Source: Thecamonas trahens ATCC 50062
Lineage: Eukaryota > Protista > Apusomonadida
Direction of reading: 5' to 3'
Length of the DNA stretch: 64,000 nt
NCBI RefSeq assembly: GCF_000142905.1
Contig: NW_013657653.1
Span: 62,001 to 126,000, forward strand
The notes under the pieces: generated by a model
Databases searched by the model: none
What the model saw: only the letters and a program-made list of their open reading frames with translations
Told to the model about the DNA's origin: nothing
Part shown: positions 57,774-64,000 of the stretch, one piece after another
Layout of the letters: every line of letters begins with the position of its first letter
Numbering within the stretch: position 1 is the first letter of the stretch
Translations under genes and position numbers: made by a program

Positions 57774-57885
57774 TCTTGTAGCGTCTTGACTGTAAAGCCG
57801 CGATCGGGTCCCGGCCTGCGGGCTGGGCTGCACGTCCAGCCTGAACCGAGCCGAGCAGAACAATCGAGTGTCACTACTCATCGCC

Positions 57886-59388
57886 ATGGCGCGCCGGTCG
57901 AGTAGCAAGGGCAAACGGCGGTCGTACGCCGCGAGCGGCGGCAAAGGGTCAAGGAGTGGCGAGCGGGACGACAAAAGAGCTGCAGGTGGAGGGGGCAAGG
58001 GGCGACGGAGGCGGTCGAGCAAGGCTGGCGCTGGTGATGGTCGTAGCCGTGGCCGCCGTGGTGGCGGGAAAACCAGTCGGCGGGCGGAGCGAAGGGCGGC
58101 AAAGCAGGATCTGCGAAAACGAGTCGAGGAGAAGCATCGCGAGCGCAAGGACCGCTTGGCGGAGCTGTCATCGCTGGGCAAGTTCTACTACAAGTCTTTG
58201 CATGCATCGTCGCTGGAGATCCGAGCTGACGCCATCTCCAAAGCCTTTCGCACCACAGAGCTCTCATCGGTGGATGATGCCGAGTATGAGCTGGCTGCCA
58301 AGCGTCTCGGCTTGAAGCACATCCTAGTCTTTGTCGTTTTTGTCGGAAGACTTGTCCTCAACCCTGGTGTTGCTCTCCTCAACTTTGTCCGCAGGCCCGA
58401 GCGCGATCCGGACGTCCAGTACAACTTCTCCCAGATTGTCCTCATCTACCTCGAATTTGGCCTCCTCTCGCTCATTGTCATCTTCACGTTCTGCCACTCG
58501 ATCGCGGCTGTCATCCGGCGACGGCGCGCGCGTCGCCGCGGTGAACCTGCCATCCGCCTGCTGGCATCCAACTCGCTGCTGACGGCGTACAACTGGCTGC
58601 AGCGCGCGGCATCGTTCTCGCTCCTCAAGTTCATTCCCTCGGTGACCAAGGTCATGATGTGGATCCAGACGCTGTCGCAGTTTATGCGTCTCGCTCGGCT
58701 CAAGCGCAAAGTCATGATCAGCTCAAGCGGGCCGTCGACTCGTGCCAGGGCGCGCGCGCGGAACAGGACCCGCCGCAATCGGGATGCCGGTGGCGAGAGC
58801 TCCGACTGCTGCACATCGTGCATGGGCAACTTGTACTTTGTTGGCATGATTCTCGGCTACCTGCTTCTAGGCACATTGCTTGTTGTGCTCGGCGTCTTTG
58901 CCGTCTTTATCAAGATCTCGATGCTCTCGCACATCATGGAGCGGTATGTGTGGGAGTGGACCTGGCAGAACTGGGTCCTCTTCGCCGGCTTTACAAACAA
59001 CGTGGCGTCGATTGTGGACGTTGCCACCGTCGAACGCGAGGCCGCCTTTCGCATCATTTGCTCCTCGGCCTTTGCTGGCATGCCCAAGGCTGCCTACCTC
59101 GCCGAGTGGTCGCTGCACTCGCTCCATCTCCGCCTTCTCGACTCGCTCATCACCCACCGCGGCTACATTGCAGGCTTCATCATCTTCTCCCAGCTTCATC
59201 TCTCACGCATTGCCCGAGCTCTCTTCCAGCCCAAGGACGCCGCATATCTCGCGCAGCTCAATGACGACGTTGTGATCTCGTCCACTGATGACGACTCAGA
59301 GTACGGCTACGGCTATGCCGACGTGTCCGACTCGGGTGAGTACGAGTACGCATACGAGTCTTCGGTCTTGCTCGCCCTCTCGTCATAG
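57886..59388 (+). CDS. Hypothetical multi-pass membrane protein
   Basis: About 500-aa ORF with a basic N-terminus, several hydrophobic helices and an acidic Tyr-rich tail. Confidence 0.7.
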   Translation: MARRSSSKGKRRSYAASGGKGSRSGERDDKRAAGGGGKGRRRRSSKAGAGDGRSRGRRGGGKTSRRAERRAAKQDLRKRVEEKHRERKDRLAELSSLGKFYYKSLHASSLEIRADAISKAFRTTELSSVDDAEYELAAKRLGLKHILVFVVFVGRLVLNPGVALLNFVRRPERDPDVQYNFSQIVLIYLEFGLLSLIVIFTFCHSIAAVIRRRRARRRGEPAIRLLASNSLLTAYNWLQRAASFSLLKFIPSVTKVMMWIQTLSQFMRLARLKRKVMISSSGPSTRARARARNRTRRNRDAGGESSDCCTSCMGNLYFVGMILGYLLLGTLLVVLGVFAVFIKISMLSHIMERYVWEWTWQNWVLFAGFTNNVASIVDVATVEREAAFRIICSSAFAGMPKAAYLAEWSLHSLHLRLLDSLITHRGYIAGFIIFSQLHLSRIARALFQPKDAAYLAQLNDDVVISSTDDDSEYGYGYADVSDSGEYEYAYESSVLLALSS

Positions 59389-59480
59389 ATCCCCCATACT
59401 TTCCCTCGCATCGACGCCTTGTTGATTCTGGTTGCTGTAAACGCTCACCTATTCATCCTCTTCCTCCTCCTCCATCGGTG

Positions 59481-61217
59481 CTACGCTCGAACCAGCTGGC
59501 ATGACATGCCGCGCCGCCTGCGCCACCTTGACCGCAATCTCTGCCGGATCGGGCGGCGGTGGCATTGCCACGTTTCCTCGGGCCCGCGGCCTCGAGAGAA
59601 CTCCAGCCATGAGCCCTCCACCTCCTCGGGAGGGTTATCGGGTGATTGACTCCCAACCGAGTCGCTGTCGTCGTCAAAGCTCGCCGCTGTCTCCTCGTCC
59701 TCGTCCTCATCCTCGTCTTCGTCCTCGTCCACGTTTGACATACTGGTAGCGAGCTCGGCGATGCCGGCAGTGTCATCGAGCCCTTCAAGATCGCCAAACA
59801 GGCTGGCAAGCTCGTTGCTGCTCAGAGGCGGTGGCGACACCGCCACCTGCCTCACCTGCTCGTCATCGTCGTTCTCGCCCTCAGTGGGCAGAGATGAGGT
59901 GACAGCAGCATACTCCCGGCCGTCAAATGTGATCGGGCCAAACAGGTTACCACGCTCGTGGGCCTCAAGCAGGGCGGCTTCCACCAGATCCGGCCGCAAC
60001 AGCTGGTCCTCGGCCGAGAAGCCGAGCCGCTCGATGTCAAAGGCATGCAGGGCACGCGCGACAACACGCTTCGAGACCTCACCCGACTCTGGGGCCACCA
60101 GCAAGAGTCGATGCATGATCTTACGCAAGAACGACGTCGCCGACGATGCGGCGAGGCAGACTGCCATGGGCGAGATCGCCACCGGTGCCACCCGCGGCTG
60201 GCCGGGAATGTGCGGGACAAATGCGGCGTCTGGATCGGCCTCGCGCCGCCGCATCCACCGCAGTACAGCGTTGATGGCGTCATACCGCAGCAGCGTATGG
60301 TCCCAAAACGCAAGCTCCTCGCCACGCAGTGGCTCATCCTCCCACAAAGCATCAGCCTCGGCAGCAAGCTCCTTGGCGGCCTTCGCCTCCTCGCGGCGGA
60401 GTGACGAAGGGCGCGTGACTTGGGCGGAGCTGGAGCGATAGCTCAACCGCGGTTGATCGCGCGGCCCAGCGCCATACAGCCGCATCGTGTCGATTGTCTG
60501 CTCCATCCGAAGGCGGAAGCGGAGCAGCTGGAGCTCGTTGAGCCCGTCACGGCAAGGTTCGACATGGCGGGCGTTGCGCGGATCGACAGCCCGATCAATC
60601 GTCGAGTGCAACTTGCGGTAGTCCATTTTGGAGAAGCTACCCAGCTCCTCATGACGGTCGAGGATGACGCCGTTGGTCCCAGCAGCACGCCGGGTGGCCA
60701 CCAGCCGGCGGGCGTGCCACAGCGGCAGGACGTGCTGCGCGCGACGATCGCGATGAACATGCATTCGCCTGCGGATCTCCACGTGGCCCTCGGCGACTCG
60801 CTTCACCTCGTCTCTATCCAAGCCGACAGGCTCTTTTTGGACCGTGATATCCCGCTCTCGGCTCCGTGATCGTGACCGCGAGCGGGACTTTGATCGCGAG
60901 CCGCGCCGACTTGCAGCCTCTTGGACCGATCTGAGTGCCGATGCCGATGCCGCCGCCTCCACCGCTGCCATTGCCTCCTTCATAGCCTTTGCCTCGTCCT
61001 CAGCAGACCAGACCGGGCGAGCAGTAGCAGCCGAGGTAGCTGTCGATGAGGTTGACGAGACGGCAGGGCGGCCATCGCCGGTCAGTCCCATCTCACCACT
61101 CGCAGCCAAGGGGACCGACAAGGGCGGCTGCACGGGTTGAGAGTCATGCAGCACACTCTCTGATGGTGACGACAGAGAGTACTCAGTCTCGCACCCACTC
61201 CAGCTCCCACTGGACAT
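59481..61217 (-). CDS. Hypothetical protein, 578 aa
   Basis: Long ATG ORF with an SR tract, a globular-looking core and an acidic tail. Confidence 0.65.
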   Translation of the reverse strand: MSSGSWSGCETEYSLSSPSESVLHDSQPVQPPLSVPLAASGEMGLTGDGRPAVSSTSSTATSAATARPVWSAEDEAKAMKEAMAAVEAAASASALRSVQEAASRRGSRSKSRSRSRSRSRERDITVQKEPVGLDRDEVKRVAEGHVEIRRRMHVHRDRRAQHVLPLWHARRLVATRRAAGTNGVILDRHEELGSFSKMDYRKLHSTIDRAVDPRNARHVEPCRDGLNELQLLRFRLRMEQTIDTMRLYGAGPRDQPRLSYRSSSAQVTRPSSLRREEAKAAKELAAEADALWEDEPLRGEELAFWDHTLLRYDAINAVLRWMRRREADPDAAFVPHIPGQPRVAPVAISPMAVCLAASSATSFLRKIMHRLLLVAPESGEVSKRVVARALHAFDIERLGFSAEDQLLRPDLVEAALLEAHERGNLFGPITFDGREYAAVTSSLPTEGENDDDEQVRQVAVSPPPLSSNELASLFGDLEGLDDTAGIAELATSMSNVDEDEDEDEDEDEETAASFDDDSDSVGSQSPDNPPEEVEGSWLEFSRGRGPEETWQCHRRPIRQRLRSRWRRRRGMSCQLVRA

Positions 61218-61772
61218 CCTCCGTAACAGAAATCCCGTGTGTGGAGTGGAGCGGGATGTTGCTGAGTTTGTTGTGCCCCGTCTCCGAGCTCCAGCCGTGG
61301 CTCTCCCACTCGTCGGGCCAATGCTCGATTTCGAACCGGAAAGGTCGTGGTTGGGACATGCCGAAGAAGGCAGGGGGGGGTAGGGGGGTAGGGGGGGGGA
61401 GGGGGGATGGTGGTGAAATCAGAGACAGACACAGGATGAGGATGTAGTTGCAGATCGAGGCCAGATCCGATCTCGGGGGTGACGGCTCTTGGATGGCCCA
61501 TCACCAGCTGTCCGGCGCAATGGTTGCTGCGATCCAACCACGCGCGCGTGCAAAGCCACCGACAGCGCATGGAAGCCAAGCCCACATAAACACACACACA
61601 CACCATGGGTTTATTAGACAGTGGAGGAAGAGGAGGGCGATGCCGCAAGCGCGCCTTTCTCTTGCCCACTGCCACTGCCCGCCATCCCCCAAAAAGGTCG
61701 TAGAGCATGGCGCAGTGGACGCCGCCGCTTTCCTGCCTCACCGCCACCACTTCTCGCCAGGCTTAGCAGACA

Positions 61773-62765
61773 ATGGCCACGGGACTGCAAGGAGCGGTGG
61801 AGGAGGCATTGGATCGTATGCAGCAGATGGTGGGTCATGTGCGGATGCTCAAGGCTGAACTAGCCCGGGTGGCGGTGGGCGGAAACGGGTGCAGCGACGA
61901 CGACGACAAGGACGGCGAGGCGATGCGAGTGCCTGATCTACCGGGAGCAGGAGCGGCGTCAAGGGGGATGACGGCAGAGACACAGGCAATTATGGTGGGA
62001 GTGACAAAGTCGCTGCCGCTGGCATTGGCAAGCGGCGTGGCCAAGCCTGCGGACATGGCGGGCGTGATTGAGGACATGAAAAGCCTGCTTGCGGCCGTCC
62101 AGGTCTTTCTCGGCGCTGTCTCGGGCGCCCTTGCCGCCATCACCCGCTCAGAAGCCCACGAGAGAGGCATTGCTACCGACGACTCGGCTGTCGAGGCGGC
62201 GGCGGCAGAGGAGCTTCGCGCCCGGAAGGCGACAGAGAAGGCCAAGGCCAAGGCAGAGCGCAAGCGGGCAAAGGCGCTGAAGAAGGCGAAGAAGAAGGGC
62301 AAGGGTGGATACGCCGCTCTTGCCACCGATGACCACGGCGACCTTGGCACTGGTCTGGAAGCACGCGATGATGCTGCGGGACCGTCGCTCCTGATGTCGT
62401 ACGCCGAGGCCTCGGCGACTGCCACCCATCGCCGTGTCGCGGTCTGGCGCAAGGTACAGCACCTCTCGTGGACGGTCTTACACCCGGCTGTTGCACGCAT
62501 GGCGACGTCGCTGCTTGCGCTGAGCGGAGCGATGCGTGACGAGGCACTAGCACCGCGCCCGCAGCTGGCGCGCTATCTCGCCGCCGCATCGCCGTATCCA
62601 GCGGATGCCGACGACTCGTTCATTGTTGTCGAGGACCCGGACCTCGACTTGGACACCGAGTCGGAGGTCGGGATTGTCGAGGTCCAGGAGCGCCGGCGCG
62701 CGCCGTCGCTCTCGGCGTCCTCTAGCTCACTCTCGGCTTCATCGTTTTCGTCCGATGACGGATGA
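61773..62765 (+). CDS. Hypothetical helical protein, 330 aa
   Basis: ATG ORF with coding-like bias and a Lys-rich coiled coil. Confidence 0.62.
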   Translation: MATGLQGAVEEALDRMQQMVGHVRMLKAELARVAVGGNGCSDDDDKDGEAMRVPDLPGAGAASRGMTAETQAIMVGVTKSLPLALASGVAKPADMAGVIEDMKSLLAAVQVFLGAVSGALAAITRSEAHERGIATDDSAVEAAAAEELRARKATEKAKAKAERKRAKALKKAKKKGKGGYAALATDDHGDLGTGLEARDDAAGPSLLMSYAEASATATHRRVAVWRKVQHLSWTVLHPAVARMATSLLALSGAMRDEALAPRPQLARYLAAASPYPADADDSFIVVEDPDLDLDTESEVGIVEVQERRRAPSLSASSSSLSASSFSSDDG

Positions 62766-62840
62766 GGTGTGGAGCAGGTCGTTTACAGAGACATGCGTCA
62801 AGGAATACAAAGTGGTGGTCGCGCTCGGCTGGCTGGGCGG

Positions 62841-63410
62841 TCAGAGAATGGCGCACCGCTTCTTGGGCTTGATCTTGCTGATGTCCTTGCCGGCGGCCTT
62901 GGCCCGGGCATCGCGCATGGCACGGACAAGAGCGGCAAAGGTCTCGTGGATGTTGACATCGTCCTTAGCCGAGGTCTCGAAGAACGCGGCGCCGACTGAC
63001 TTTGCAAAGTCGGCACCCTCCGAGGTGCCGACCGCTCGCTGGTCTTCGAGGTCGGCCTTGTTGCCGACGATGACGGTGGGGACGCTGTCGGCGTCCTTCA
63101 CCCGCAGGGTGCGGGCCTGGATCTCGCGGGCCTCCTCGAGCGACTTGGTGTCGGTGATGGTGTACGCGATGATGAATCCCTCGCCGGAGCGGATCCACTG
63201 CGAGGAGAGGGCAGAGAACTCCTCCTGCCCGGCCGTGTCGAGGATGTCGAGGAGGCAGACGTCCGAGTCGATGACCACCTGCTTGCGGTACGAGTCCTCG
63301 ATTGTCGGGTCGTACTGGAGAATAAAGTGGTTGTGCAGGTAGCGCATAGTGATGGCAGACTTGCCGGCGCCACCGGAGCCCAGAACGACAATGTGGTACT
63401 CGGTAGCCAT
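62841..63410 (-). CDS. Ras GTPase (Ras subfamily)
   Basis: MATEYHIVVLGSGGAGKS, YDPTIEDSYRKQ, LDTAGQEEF, NKAD, ETSAK and CaaX CAIL. Confidence 0.97.
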   Translation of the reverse strand: MATEYHIVVLGSGGAGKSAITMRYLHNHFILQYDPTIEDSYRKQVVIDSDVCLLDILDTAGQEEFSALSSQWIRSGEGFIIAYTITDTKSLEEAREIQARTLRVKDADSVPTVIVGNKADLEDQRAVGTSEGADFAKSVGAAFFETSAKDDVNIHETFAALVRAMRDARAKAAGKDISKIKPKKRCAIL

Positions 63411-63615
63411 GATGCTGATGCTGATGTTGTTTTGATGATGGTTGTGTGGAGGCCCATGTCAGCCAAGAACGGGAAAACAATCATTGGTTTTATTGTTGAC
63501 ACGAGTTGCCCCCAAACGGGGCCGTGCCCCAAACGGGGCCGCTGCGCGCCGCTTTCGATGGCAGACGAGGAAAACGAAAGAACGAAAGAACGACACAACG
63601 CCCCGATGTTGTCTT

Positions 63616-64000
63616 CTAGTTGGACGAGTTGTAGTCGGGATGCTCGGGGTCGGTGGGGAGGATGTAGTCGCCGAGGTCGTCGCGGAGCTGGCGCTTGAGG
63701 ACCTTGCCGGTTGCGGTGTAGGGCAGAGCGTCAACAAAGACAACGTCGTCCGGGATCTGCCACTTGGCGACCTTGGTCGTCATATGCTTGGCGATGTTGG
63801 CCTTGATCTCCTCGTCCGACTTGCCAGCCTTGACGGCAGCCGGCGAGCGGATGGCGACCATGAGCGGGCGCTCTTCCCACTTGGAGTGCTTGACGCCGAT
63901 GACGGCCACCTCGGACACATCCGGATGGCCCATGGCAGCGTTCTCCAGCTCGATGGACGAGATCCACTCGCCGCCCGACTTGACGAGCGACGCACCATTG
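63616..64000 (-). CDS. C-terminal part of an AMP-forming acyl-CoA ligase (AlkK/DmdB-like); truncated by the window edge
   Basis: [14 protein letters not shown]...[36 protein letters not shown]. Confidence 0.88.
   Translation of the reverse strand, partial: NGASLVKSGGEWISSIELENAAMGHPDVSEVAVIGVKHSKWEERPLMVAIRSPAAVKAGKSDEEIKANIAKHMTTKVAKWQIPDDVVFVDALPYTATGKVLKRQLRDDLGDYILPTDPEHPDYNSSN

Overview
This is GC-rich, gene-dense eukaryotic nuclear DNA, not prokaryotic. I find about 30 protein-coding genes, 18 spliceosomal introns inside coding regions, three more predicted in 5' UTRs, and two N gaps. No rRNA, tRNA, CRISPR array or transposase was seen. Gene content and style suggest a flagellated protist draft assembly; it resembles the apusomonad Thecamonas, which is inference only. 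Recognisable genes: CNNM, NAC-beta/BTF3, Moonraker/KIAA0753-like, an ARF GTPase, proteasome RPN7, beta-3 and RPN6, TFIIIC-102, RPL35A, RPLP0, a divergent actin, a KHA-Ras fusion, ATP synthase f, Mei2-like, EFR3, eIF3b, a divergent C13 protease, two head-to-head ABCA half-transporters, a PBZ/F-type-lectin protein, SMC2, REEP/HVA22, an EEP nuclease, Ras and a partial acyl-CoA ligase. The most striking signal is the intron architecture. Donors are nearly invariant (GTACG in 17 of 18). All 18 introns carry an ACTCAY branch-point-like motif, and many acceptors lack a polypyrimidine tract. AG-free zones up to about 350 nt separate the branch motif from the acceptor. Many long introns contain nested fold-back hairpins between the donor and the branch motif. 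Four frameshifts inside genes look like assembly indels. All exon joins and pairings were read by eye; nothing was computed or searched.
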